NCBI GenBank assembly: GCA_904063045.1
Contig: CAJFCJ010000005.1
Coordinates: 1,999,988 to 2,063,987 of the forward strand
DNA: 64,000 nucleotides
Source of the DNA: Dimorphilus gyrociliatus
Lineage: Eukaryota; Animalia; Annelida
Direction: 5' to 3'
Under the pieces are notes generated by a model. It saw only the letters and a list, made by a program, of their open reading frames with translations, had not been told where the DNA came from and did no database searches. Within the stretch, counting starts at the first letter, position 1; the number at the start of each line of letters is the position of its first letter. A program made the translations under genes and the position numbers. Below are positions 1-13,500 of this stretch, one piece after another.

Positions 1-491
1 ACACACTTTGACTAAGACAGTAAAACAAGCAAAATAAAAAACAATAAGATTTTGAACAGTGCGAAAAAATTACCCTGGAGAAGAGGACATATAGGCATAT
101 TACACTTTATTTATAAATCTCTCTAATTAGTATGTAATGTCTCTCTCTCTCTCTCTCTTTCTATCTATCTATCTATCTTTCTCTACTAGTGCTAGAGGAG
201 GAAAAACATTAAATTAACAACAAAGAAAAAAAAAACAAAATAAAATGGCTGTTTAGTTAAATATTTTAAAAAAATGCACCAAAGGAATACGTTATTAGGC
301 TGCAGATTATAGCTTTTTCTTTTTGTATTTAATTTACTAATAGCAGAGAGATACAGCAAATAGGCATGTAATTTTAAAGATATAGACAGTGAGAGAAATT
401 TTGAAGTATTGATTAAGGCATAAGTTTTAGGGGACAGGAAGGAGAGATATTAGTAGTTTGGGTAGCTTTTAAGAAAAACTTGTTGATTTGA

Positions 492-3400
492 TCAAGCTGA
501 AACATTCCATTGGAGAATTGAGGTATCTTTACCACCAGTTGAGAGCAGTTTAGAATCATCATGAACAAATTGTACATTTGTTACATGAGAACTATGACCG
601 GAGAATGTGTGACAATTAGCCTATTTGAATGGATAATAGAAAGATTTGTTAAATGCTATTTCATATCTATAAGATTGAAAAAGAAAGATACTAACTCTTG
701 GCTGATAGCAGGGATATCTAAAAAGATTAACTTTTCCAAAATCATCGGCACTAGCTAATAAGTTATGAGCTCTTGGAGCTCTGCAACATGCATTGATGTC
801 AGTACCATCTGCTCCTTCGGGCCATATTCCTAAATAATTTGTTAATTACAATGTTGAATTATAACTGATTTAATAGAATACAAAAAAAATGATAATTACC
901 GCAAACATTGAAGGCTAATGTGCAATTATTCGTTGCCCATTCGACGTCACGTAATTGGGATACACTTGAAATTTGCTTGCAATTTGCGCCGTTCCCTAAT
1001 GAAAATATTACAATTTATTTTTAGGTGTTTAAAAAAAGAAAATGCCAACTAAATATTTCTACTAACAGTATAATATTTCATAGTCTCCTGAGTTGGATTG
1101 CAAATACTGACTATCAACTGACCAATCAATATGTGTCACGAAACTGGAATGACCCTAAGAAAATTGTCACGATAGTAATCAAGACAATTAATAATAATCA
1201 ATGTAGTACCGAATGTACTTACAATACAACGACCAACTCTTGAATATTTGCGACCTTCTTCTGTGATATTATAAACATAAATGATGTTATCTCTACTTCC
1301 AACTCCTAAGTAGGCGCCATCTGGTGAAAAGGATAAGCACTCAATCTGCTCATTTCCGTCAGTATGAGATGAAATAATCTGTTGTGACGCAATTTCAAAT
1401 ACTATCCAACGACCAGAATTTAGTCCAATAACAAAGAAATTTCCATTTGGGTGGAAAATTGCGGAGTGGGCACCTTCTGGAACGCATTTTTGCCAAACAA
1501 TTGAATGTTTATGAGCATCCCATAGGAAAACATTCTAAAAATGGAAAATTAAATTATACCATTATGGAGAAAGAAATTGTCAGTTGTATTTAAGATGTAT
1601 AAATAAATTACTTTGTCCTCTCCTGCCGTTAAAAACTGATGCTGAGTTGGATGAACAGCCAAACCCCATAATTCTTCAACGTGACCATAAACAACGGGAC
1701 TCCATTGTAAATCGAAGGAACCCATAAGAATATTATTCTTAGTTGTTCCCACAATAATTTGCGATCCTTTTTCACAACTCAACATTCTAATAGATCCATA
1801 AACTTCGTCTAACTTTGAAGAAGCAGTTTTCTTATAATTAGCATCCCATTTTATAATATTTCTATCCTTTCCACCAGACAAAAAGTTTCCATCAGGAAGA
1901 GAACAAATTGTAAACACGGTTCCATCATGAGCATTTAGTATGACATGTGAAATTTTATTCGTGCCTGAAAAAATTCGATAGAACTTTTATATTAAAAGGT
2001 ACGAAAAACAATCTTTCCAACATGGCAAAATTTGCAGTAGGAAATCCTTTCACACATTTATAAATAATAATGAGAAATAAATTGAATAAATAAGTGAAAA
2101 CTTTAATATACTTCAGATATATAGAAATGATGAAAATATCTTTTTCTTTTTTTATCTAACTTTAGATACTAACAATCATTAAAGTTGGTTATGTTAAAGA
2201 AAGTAAACAACCAAATATACATTTAACTATTCCTATATTATATAGTATATACAGTATATAATAAAATATATCTAAAAAATTGTCTCATTTTTTTAAGGAG
2301 TACGTTCTAGGCCTATTGTTTACAATAGTTCCCCCTCTGTCAACACGAAAAATAATACTCTTTTCACGTTATAACTATTATTCGATAAATATTTTCTACT
2401 AATACATAAATAGATTTAAGATTTTTGAGAATGTTAAATATCTAGGTCAAATTATCAATAGTTTATTCGGTTGTTTCATTTTGTTATGATTATATTTCTC
2501 TACTTCTGTTTTCTTTTTGCAAAAGTTTAAATATGTATACTAATATACAGTATATATATATATATATATTTATTTAGATTATTAGTTAGTTAGTTAATTA
2601 ATTAATTAGTAATAAATTGAATATGGAATATATTAATTCTTGTGCAATAAAGGTAATAATTGAATTGATAACACAAACACGCAAAAATCAAATGATAAAA
2701 AGGTAAAGTGAATAGTTTTGAAAATTTTTGTGCTTTGTCTTTCAAATGTAATTTGAATATTTTTTCCTAATAATCGTCTAAGAGATATAATATACCAGTT
2801 TATATATTAATTATATAAATATATAACTACAGAAACAAATAAGATAATCTACAACAAACATGTTGAAAAAATATTCCAACTAAACTGTTTTACATTCGTA
2901 ACAAAAAAAGGGGAGAAAAATGGAAACAAGCAAAAGGTAAGCCTACAAGACAAGCATTCTTACACCAGTATCCCTTACCTTGTTCTAATTGGGCTGAGAT
3001 ATAATTGAGGATATATATATATAAATTGTTTTGTTTTTTTTTTAAATATGGTCCAAGTTTAGTCTTTAATTAAACTTATTTTATGTGTTAAATATACAAA
3101 AAATATCTTATTTAATTTTGTATAGTTTAAGGTGTTTTTCTATTTTTATAAATGTTATTAAACATAGTTGTGGCATATAAAATAAATAGAAAAAATTATA
3201 TATACCTCGTCCCCATATTTGAATATTTCCATTAGAATCCCCCGACATAACATCACCATTCGAAGCGAAAGCAATACAATTGACAAATTTTGGCTTCTCG
3301 TGTTTCTATTTAGATGAAAGGTAATATTATATAATAAAGAAAAATAAGTCTTTTTCATGTAAACATACTTCGTAGATTCCTTGTTTTTTTGTTAAAATAT

Positions 3401-6400
3401 TATTTTCAAAATTCCAAAAGGAAATATGTCCTTTGCCGCAAGTCACAATAATATTTTTATCACCTGGATGAAAGTCACAAGCTAAAACTGGGTCGGCAGA
3501 TGTCTATATTTATAAAAAAATAGATATAAGTATGTGTATATTCAGTTATAATTGATGAAAATATATATTAATATAAATATTGTCGTCTACCTTGGACTCT
3601 ATTAATTTTGTTTCTTTTTGCCAATGCCATACTGACATAATATGTTCGTTTGCTTCGTCAACAGCACATAAATATTGGCCACCGTCGAATTTCGAAAAAG
3701 CAATACAAGATACTGCTCTATCAAAATGTCCAAGACCAAGTACATGCAATGTTTGTAAACTCAATGAATTCCAGATTCTAATATGGGGCTGTAAAAAGAA
3801 TATTAAATATATGTTGAAATATATTTCAAATTGATAATTCTAACTAATTCAATGGAGTATAGTATTAGTTAATTTGAAAATGTTATATAGTTAAATCCAA
3901 ATACTCTGAAATGACTACAACTCTAATACAAAAGGAAATAAATGAAAAAAAAACACCGGTTAAGCAATGAGATACATATAACAGATATAGTTATACTGTA
4001 CAATTAAAGTTTACGTTGTTATATAATATATTAGGTTTAATTTCCTTCTATAAAAATAATGTTACATCATCTCATTGCAATGTTTGTAATAAAAAGAAAA
4101 TAAATAAATAAAGAATTGAGAAGTGAAACTAACGAAAGAGTGGAAAAATCAGTTATAATTGTTTTTGCTTGTTTGTTTGCTTTATTTATTTTTTTAAAGA
4201 GTACTACTAATAGACCCTTTCTCACCCAATTATCTCCAGGTTCTATCAGGTCATTATTGGACCTTCGTTTGTGGTAAATTGGGAATTGAGGCTGTGTAAA
4301 TAGTATATAAAAAAGGGAAAGGAAAAAAATAATATAAAGAATATTATATAGTGCACCTAATCCAAAAAAACAACTAAAATTTTGAATGATAATTTTGAAG
4401 GTTTGGATTGTTTGATTGAATTAAAAATAATAAATTATTATAACAAGAATAAAAAAAATGAAAACAAGAATAAAAAGGAAAACCTTATAGTTCAGGGGTT
4501 GTTGAATATCTTCTAAGGACAAACAATAAGGGTAAACAAAACGATAAAAATTTCGTGTTTTTACACGCATTTATCACGTTCACGAACGTATACTTTGGGT
4601 GTGAGTTTACCAAAAAAAAAAAATAATTTGAATAGTACTAACTTTGCCCTCCTTTTTGTCATGTCCAGCAACTTGCCCGCTCGCTATTGTAATTTTATCG
4701 GGATGAACACTTAGGGATTTTACATCATCGTTATGACCAGTATAGTGTCGCTGAATTTGCTCATCTACATTGTACAAAACAATAACTGCGGCTATGAAAT
4801 ATATCATTTCCCCAGTTGGTAATAAGTAAAGATTGTTCCTGCCATCGCGGCCTCGATAGCCGTAAGCCCATTCTAATTTTAACTTTTCTACAGGTGATGC
4901 AACAGGCTTAGAAGGATTAAAATCCGTCATCGTCGTAGGAGCATACATATTTACAGCTCTGCCTCTTAAATATATACGTAGGATTCGCTCATCTGTATAA
5001 ACAAACAAAACCCATAAACAATTTGTACATTATTAATCCTTCAGAAACTAATTACAAAATTACTTTTGAATAAGCAATGAATAAGATATAATCAAAAATA
5101 TTTTGCGGGGGAAATTAACATTTATCTTCCTTAAGATCTTATTCTTACCTCTCTTTCTATCGTAAATTAAACGATGTTGAACTAAAATAAAGAGAGAAAT
5201 GGGAGCAAAAACAAAAAAAAAAAAAAAACAGAAAGTAGGACAAAATTCTATATATACTATTTAGATGATGTATAAATTTATAAGAAAAAGTACGATTTTC
5301 TTACCTGTATTATAAGTGGCCTCTCTTAAGCTGTTCAAAAAGAAAACATACGAAAAAGAATATAGAAGCTGCTTTATCAATAGGAAAATATATATAATTT
5401 TTAGCCGTTATAAATTTTACAATTCAAATTATCTAAGAGAATAAAAAAGAAGTTGGATAGAAGAAAATAAATCACCATATAGATTATTCAAGATATGAGA
5501 AAAATTATGAAATATTATAGAATATACAAGATATTATATATCTTATATATGAATATTAACAAAAAATGCCCAAAAGAAGGTGTTAATTAAGCATAAAATT
5601 AAAAGATTTAATAAATCTGAAGCTTGTTTTTATTTTGTTTTTTTTTTTGTAAATTTGGGTTTTTACTATTTTATTCATTTGATTTTTGCTTTACCCTCGT
5701 TTTGGTGTTGATATTCTTCCAGTAGAATAAGGTATTATTAAATTTCCTAACGATTCACTAAGCCTGCATTATATAATACAAAATACAGTTTTATATATAT
5801 ATAGATATATATATATATATATACAAGGTTACATCATACAATCTATTCTTTATAATTGTATACTTATACAAAAAAATTTTGGTATTTAGTTAGAAATTAA
5901 TTGTTCTTTTTATGTTTTTCTAATACTTTAATAAAATTTATAATGCACTTTTGGAAAAACAAAAACACAGGAAGAAGTTATTGAATTCGTCGATTTAACG
6001 TTACTTTTATAGTTTCCTAATACTCTTTATTATAAAATATATTTATAAAAAAATTCTATTCTGTCTTTTATATATCAAGTATTTAATCACAGCTTTCTAT
6101 TTATCTAAAAAAGAAAAGTAAAAGAGAGTAAAGGTTGTGATTGTATGAATGAGAGAAAGGGAAAACGAACATATATATATATCTAATTTATACAGGAAAC
6201 GTTTAAAAGCGTATACAGAAGGGGGCAAAAGAAAATAATATTTCTCGATATAAATAAACAGTCTTTCTATAGAGATTTTCTATTTTGTCACTGTGCTTTT
6301 TTTTCTATAGAAAACTTTGATTGGTAATAAACCTGTTTCTAATTCTATAATAAATACTATTACTATTACAGCTACTACTACTACTACTACAACTACTACA

Positions 6401-8497
6401 ACAACTACTGTGACAACGGGATTTCTCATGGGATTTTTTCTCTTGTGTATATATATATATGTATTTAGAGTAAAGGTTATACGACTTCTGGCAAATATTT
6501 TTTATTCTAAATAAGAAAGAAACGTGATAAGTTTATTAATGGAAGAAATAAATTTACGATATTCCATTCTATACAAAAGAATAAAATTCTCTTTTAGTAA
6601 ATATATTATATACTAAACTTATATTTTGTGAATAAATATTAGTAGGCCTAGCTGGATAAAACATAAGTAATAAATTTATAGAGTATACAGATAAACATTC
6701 CACTAACTAATGTGATGATAAAAGATTAACTTAATAATTCTTATTAAGATAAGGAAAGTAATACAAAACACAAAAATAAAAAGGATCTAATCTTTAAAAT
6801 TAGTCTATTAAATATTTAATTGTTTATTAATATATTTAAATCTATTTATACTATTTGTACAACTACGCGAAAGTTTTACTATACTATATACAGTATATAT
6901 AATTTATATGTAAGCAAATGTCATAAATTATTTGTAAAATATCAATTATAAAAGAAAATTTAAGGAGTAGAGTATAAAGCTTAATGCCGGATTATCAAGA
7001 GAGAAAGATTTCTTTCTCTCAGCTCTTCTTTCTTTTATTTAAAGTAGGAAATAGATTTATTTTTCTTTAGCTTATTTCTAATAAAAAGTAAAAAGAAATA
7101 ATATGGAAAAAAAAAAAGTGAAAGTCTTGTGGGAAAATGTTCACCTGTTTTAAATATATTTTTTTTATTAAGTACCTCTTTACTTTGGAGAAAAAACTTT
7201 CGCTTTTAACCTCTTTTTCCGTTGATTACGTAGTTACAATGGCGGATAAACGAAGAAACCCTGCTACTTGTTGAATTAACCCCCTTTCATTGCACGTAAC
7301 GGTTACGCGTAAGAATTCTTGTTTTTTTTTATTTAACTAGCAATCTGAATGGAGACCCATTAGAGGCGCCAGTAGGTTAATTGTCATTTAGGAACAAACG
7401 AATTCATATGACTATGGTACTTAAAGATTGAATATCCACTTAAAAAGTACATACTTCAGTCGTAATCATTAGACATATAACAAACCTAGAATTTGATAAT
7501 CCGTTAGCATTGTGTGCTTGCTCTCCATGAGGAACTGATGGCCACTTTCTCATATTTAACGATTTTCCAAACATACCTTTACTGGGCGTTGGTGACGGAG
7601 TTGTCCTGTGTATACCGTCTGTACTAACTGTCCTCTTAGACAATCTTGGTTCAGCTTTTCTCGTCATTTTAACAGGAGTAGAGGTTCGACTAGACATCAT
7701 CATTTGGCTAGAGGAGGATATACTTGTCGGATGATGTTCAACATTAGCCAATCGTCTAAGGGCGTCAGCCAGCGAACTTTTTAATACTTGTATTTCATCA
7801 GCTTGTTGTTGGACTTTTCGTTCGACAGTTAACAATCGGTCCATCATACCCTCTCGGGTTTCGGCTACGAGCTCTTCTGTAAGAGGAATAAAGTATGAAT
7901 AAAAACGTAGCTGTGGATTAGCCAAAAGCAAACAACGTGCTGACGGAATTAAGCGTGAAAGGCTTGAAAATAAAGTGCTTTATTAAATACACAGACTGAC
8001 AAAAAGTGCCTAAACTAAACACAACTTGATCGAGTGTCAAGTTGGTCTTCAAATTCCCAAAGACATTAATGAGATGTCAGTACATCTGCTTAAATCTTTT
8101 CTTAAACAATATATACAGTATATACATATGTATATATAAATATTCATTAAGCTGGTCAACAATTCAAAAGGCTTAACTAGGTGTTATTAATTTAGAATAT
8201 TAACCCTTATTTACACCTAATTTATATAAGTAAAAAAACACATCAATTACGAAGAAAGAAAAAAACGAAACAATAATCAGGTTAAAAACTTGTTGTAATA
8301 CAGAGATAAGTAAATCAAATAGTATATTATCTACGAAGATAAGCCTAAGTAATTTTCTTTTTTTGTCTTTCTCACCTTTATTATCACTACTATCACAAAA
8401 CAAAATAACATAAAACACATACGGTTTGAATATGTAACAGAATTTTAGTTAAACTATCAACTGCTTCTACTACTTTAATTGAACAATAAAGTTTTAT

Positions 8498-8533
<36 letters not shown>

Positions 8534-9870
8534 CGGAGGGACAAAAAAAAAGGAAACAGAAGAAGAAAATAAATGCAATGTTTAACAATCTTGTCTACCT
8601 TTAAACCGATGTAAATATTTGAATTTAGTATATTCAAGAGAGAGAAAAATTACAGAGTTATTAAATCTACATAGTCTTTTTTTATACAAGTTCAAATATA
8701 TGATTATATTTGATTAAATATACAATTATTTTTAACAATAATATAATAATTGATATTAAAATAATAAAAGAAATTGATTTTATTTTTATTCTAAAAGGAT
8801 GGAAAAATATAGAAATAAATAAAACAGTCAATAGAAAACATTTTTCCACAACCTTTTTTTTTACTATAAATAAATAAGCGTGGGAAATTTTATAAATATA
8901 TCACTATATATTGTAATAATAATTACCTACCTACCATTCTGGTTTTGACCCCTAAGAATGATAAACGTATGATAGTCTTATGCTTTATCTCTCACGATCT
9001 CTCGCATACTCATTCACTCTTTCTCTTTGCTCGCCTCTCTGCTAATTTTAATCCATATATATGTATACAGTATATATATAGGGAGCGAGTGAGAGAGAGA
9101 GAGAGAGAGAGAAATATTTAGTTATGTTTATTAGTAGATTATACGTATAAACGTGTTACTTTAGTCAGATAAGAAAAAATCTTGCAAATTTACACATTAT
9201 TATCTGTTAAGCTAATTATTGTGGGATGGGCTAATTACATCAGTTTTTATTATTGATAACTTACCATTGCTAATTATCTCCGATTCTAAACTGTCTTTTG
9301 TATTATTGTGTAAATCTTCTTTATCTAAAAAATCAAAAGAACAGAACGTGCAGGGGTTTGAAATAAAAAAAAAATTAAAAATTAAAGGAAATATCGTGCG
9401 GGTGAAGTTTTACATTTTTATAAAGAGCTCTGCAGCCAACGCCTATAGATACGATTTAAGGCTTACATGGAACATGTATATATATATAATTTTATATGTA
9501 CATATCTGACATATTTATGTATCATTACTGCCGCCCTAAGCCGATAAAAAAGACTTGGCAAAGTGCTGCAAAGCTTATGGCACATATTTGCAATTACTTC
9601 ATTGCTAATTTTGCAGCTTAATATTGCATATTACACATTAAGCAATTATTTAAACTATCATTTCACAACATTCGATTGCAATATTAAAACTTTTAAAGAA
9701 ATTTTATCAATCTTGCATAAATTTAGAGATTGCTAAAAATTTACAGAAGGTAGGCTGGAAATATTTACATAATTTTAAGTGTTAAAATCAATTTTTTTCA
9801 TATGTTATAAGCGTTGGCTGTTTCAGATCGTTAAAATAGTAGAAATAACAATATTACCTATTCCGTCCAT
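492..9870 (-). CDS. EML: Echinoderm microtubule-associated protein-like (EML1-4/EMAP type): N-terminal coiled coil, HELP motif, WD40/TAPE domain; ~797 aa, 14 core exons
   Basis: Phase-consistent GT-AG exons (minus): 9870-9858 (tentative first exon MDGI; alternative 8937-8931), 7876-7486 (DRLLTVERKVQQQADEIQVLKSSLADALRRL), 5763-5695, 5330-5305, 4992-4643 (YLRGRAVNMYAP; LKLEWAYGYRGRDGRNNLYLLPTGEMIYFIAAV = HELP), 3788-3591, 3503-3369, 3305-3206, 1964-1612, 1534-1223, 1154-1067, 995-900, 829-696 (GIWPEGADGTDIN..ADDFGKVNLFRYP), 620-492 (GHSSHVTNVQF..GGKDTSILQW, TGA). Total 2394 nt. Start exon uncertain. Confidence 0.93.
6372..6409 (+). repeat. (CTA/CAA)n trinucleotide microsatellite in an EML intron
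   Basis: ctactactactactactacaactactacaacaactact; explains the poly-Thr run in ORF 6317..6514. Confidence 0.85.
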
Positions 9871-10509
9871 CTCATTTGCTGTGACGCCACCAAATTATGT
9901 GTACATAAAATGTATTTCGTAAAAAATTGTTAGAATAAATTTTAACTAACAGGTTTCCGGTACAGAATCCGAAACAATGCCCAAAAAATGTCAGGCATGT
10001 TGAAAAATGTAAAAAGTACGAAGATTCCTATGGAATCATGTGACTTCAATTTTGGCGGGAAAGCTAAAGGGGAGGGGTTCTCATCAATAGCGCTTCAAGC
10101 TATTTCAATTTATTATATTCTTATAAGTTATTGTAAATAACAATTATCCATTTCAATTTTTTTTCTATGGCAATTCTTTGATTTTTTTTTCGCTAGGCTA
10201 TTTATACTTATACCTTTTGACCAACGCCAACATTCTTTACGACTAATGTCAACAAAATCCGATTACAAGAACATGATATAAAAGAGAATTTTGAGCCTAA
10301 CCCATCAAGCGAATGTTATCCATATTTATATAAAAAGGAAGTATTTCAACACGTTGTAAAATTTAAGATTTATCACCTTTCTTAGTATTTTATTTGCCTG
10401 TTTTTTAAACAAAAAAAAATGAAAAGAGAAGCATCAGGGAATATTTTATATTTAAAAATAGAATATCATCTGCAGTTGAGAGATATCGTGGACGGTGGAA
10501 AATCCTCCA

Positions 10510-13500
10510 TTAACAAACTAAATCGTCGCGAATCTTCCACATTTTCACGGTTAAATCACTAAAATGATAAATATTGTTTTATAAGAAAAAGAAAATAATA
10601 GTTAATGATATAATTACTTGGAAGCAGTGAAGACTAGCTGGGAATTGGTCGACAGCGCATTTGCATTATTTGCATGGGCGTTAACTTGACCGATTGACTT
10701 GCATTTATCAATATCCCACAACTTAATAACCCCAGATCGACTGGCGCTTATTAAGATATTCGCCGTCTGTAATAGGTCAACTCCGATAACCCAATCCTTG
10801 TGGGCATTATTGATTGAATGAATCAGTTTACGTTCGGCTAAATCCCACATTTTGATGCAAGTATCTCGACTACCAGAGAAGAGTAAATCGCCCTTGACGC
10901 ACAAAGACTGAACGCCATCGTAATGTGGTGGTTCCAGGGTTGCCTTTGCTTGGACAACGCCCACGGAATCTTCATCCAATTCGAAAACTTTTATATAATG
11001 ATCCTTAGAACCTGATACAATACAAATACTGCCATCGGCTGTATCGGTATCATCAAGGGCAAGGACCATAACGGCCGCTTGGTGACCTCCAATTAACTTT
11101 CCTACAGGCTTCCACTCGCGAGCATCCCACAAGCGAATAGAATTTCCGGCCGCTGTCAATAGCATCAATCCATTTGAGTTGACCATCAGTGCATTAATAT
11201 GCGTCTCCCCTTGTGGACATGTGACTAAATGAGAGGACTGGGGAACTTCAACATCATCGTCTGGAATTAATCCACTAGAAAACAGTGTTTTTATAGGTCG
11301 ATCTCCACTCATACGAGCATCGTAAACATTCACGAGGTATGTTGAAACAGTATATGCCAAATGAGTTTGTTCACTATATCTGACATCGGTCACGCTATTT
11401 GGATGATTACGTAACGTTAACAATTCATTTCCGGTTTCGAGGTCCCATATTTTAGCTGTTCTATCCTTCGATCCTGATATAAGGATACTGTCTGTTGAGC
11501 ATATGGATAGAACAGGACGAGAGTGACCTCTTGCTGTACAAACGTGGTGTAAAGGACTAGATATTAAAGATCTTCCGGACGATGCAACTTCCATGACACC
11601 TCTGGGATTATAAGAAAACGTTCTATTATTTCAAAGAAAACATTTTTTATATATAGTAAATTACTCTTTTGGATCAGGCATTTCTGGCATGGTTGCTAAT
11701 CTCTGGAAAACATTTGTCGAGGTTGAAGATTTATTTTCATCGCTCATTCGCCTACTGTAATGAAAAAGAATGATATTCAAAACGCTCGTATCTTATCCCA
11801 TTAATGGTATAAAATTGCGCTGATAAAGTAAAACTTTATCCAACCTCGTGGGAGAAGGGACTAGTGTTGCTTTCATCATGTCAGCGTCCGCGGATTTGGT
11901 CATTCGAACGGGTATGGTCGATTTCTGTTGAGCTTCTGAGTCTGATTTCCCCTCATCTATTTTCCCATTTTCTTTAGTCTTACTAGGAAAAAGTAAATCA
12001 CTTGGTGTGGCCATCTTCCTTCGTGCTTTCAAGTTCTTAGTTGTAGCTGATTTTGACCCTACGGAATCAGACGAACTGATTGGAGATGGAGGGCTAACCA
12101 AACCACCCGCACTATCGGATAAATTGTTTTAGTTGCTTTAGAATTAATCAAAAGAAATAAATAGAAATGATATACCTTGGTGTCTTTGGTATCCCACCTT
12201 TTTCGTGAGTTGTGATATTTCCATTTGCAGCAGTTGAAGAGCTTCCTTCGCTTTCGCTCTCTGAATCCGAATCTTCCAAAACATCAGCTAACTGTATCTT
12301 ATACATATCAGTCGCTTTGACATGATCTTTCATTAAAAATTGCAGCATCTCGTTTCTTGCCAATGCTTGGCTCTTTACGTGATCCAGCAGAATTTCCATT
12401 TGTTTACTTTCAGCATCTTTTTGAGCGGCTAAAACGCCGTTAGACATTGCCATATTGACGCAATGCTCTAGTAAGTATTGAGCTTCTTGCTCATTACATG
12501 TGGAGACTAGGGTTTTGGGCTCAAATTCAGTTTCTTCTGAGTTTATATCTACCATTTGTGACTGAATATCTTTTATTTTCTCATGAATATGTTCAATATC
12601 CAATTGATTATTTTGAATTTGTTCATCAATTTGGATTTGCTCTTGAGAATCATTAGTAAGATTTTTGGCTTTTCTTAACTTTTCACATTTTCTGGATAGT
12701 TTACCACGTTGTTTTACCCAAATTGCCATATCTTTCTCTAAAAGCATCATGGTCCGCCTCTTGGATGTAATAGATGAGATAGCGTTCTCTAACTTGACCC
12801 ATTTTCTGTTAAGTAACTTGTCGCGGTCCGCTGATTTAGCTTTTGATTTATTACCACCGCTTTCACTCCTTCTCACGCTACTAGGTGTAGACGATCGATT
12901 CCGCTTACGCAGGGCTTCTACTTCTTCGGTTTTCCTCTTAAGTATCAAATCTTTCTTTCTCTTCTCTGTTTCTAAACTCTTAATTTTGGTCGCTTGCAAT
13001 CTTTGATCTTTCTTCAGCTGAGCTAACTGTCGATTGTATTTAACATCTTTCTCTCGATATTTGGCAGAATTTTCCTTCATTTGATTGATTAATCGAACCT
13101 TAATTTTCTTCATTTCAGAAATATCTCTATTAAGAACCATAAGCTGCCTCTCATCTTCTTTCGACTTCCTTAACAATCTTGCATGTTCTTTAGCATCTTT
13201 ATGTAGATATTGTAATTTCCCTCGTAGATCTCTAAGCTTCTTTTCATAAGTTTCTCGAACAGTTTTAACTTTTTCATCATTATTTCTATGCTCTTTAACA
13301 GCTACGGACATAGATATAATATTAGCATGTTATGCTTCTTTCTTTTTTAATTAGATAACATTATTTAATTATTTAAACTTACGAATTGAATTAAGAGCTT
13401 GATCGCGTTCTTTTTCGGTTTCTTTGATCTTTTGCTCCAAATTACTAAGCTTGGCTTCATACTGACTCCTAACCGCCTTAAGGCGTTTCTGATTTAATTC

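Noticed and set aside
6317-6514. ORF with a poly-Thr run
   Set aside because: Produced by a (CTA/CAA)n microsatellite antisense within an EML intron
11793-11844. Extension of the KIF21 exon to the ORF-track stop (LDKVLLYQRNFIPLMG*) and the acceptor at 12136
   Set aside because: Phase analysis gives donor AG|GTTGGA at 11845 and acceptor GATAG at 12112; the 12136 acceptor meets an in-frame TAA
12665-13006. 113-aa plus-strand ORF
   Set aside because: Antisense shadow of the KIF21 coiled-coil exon
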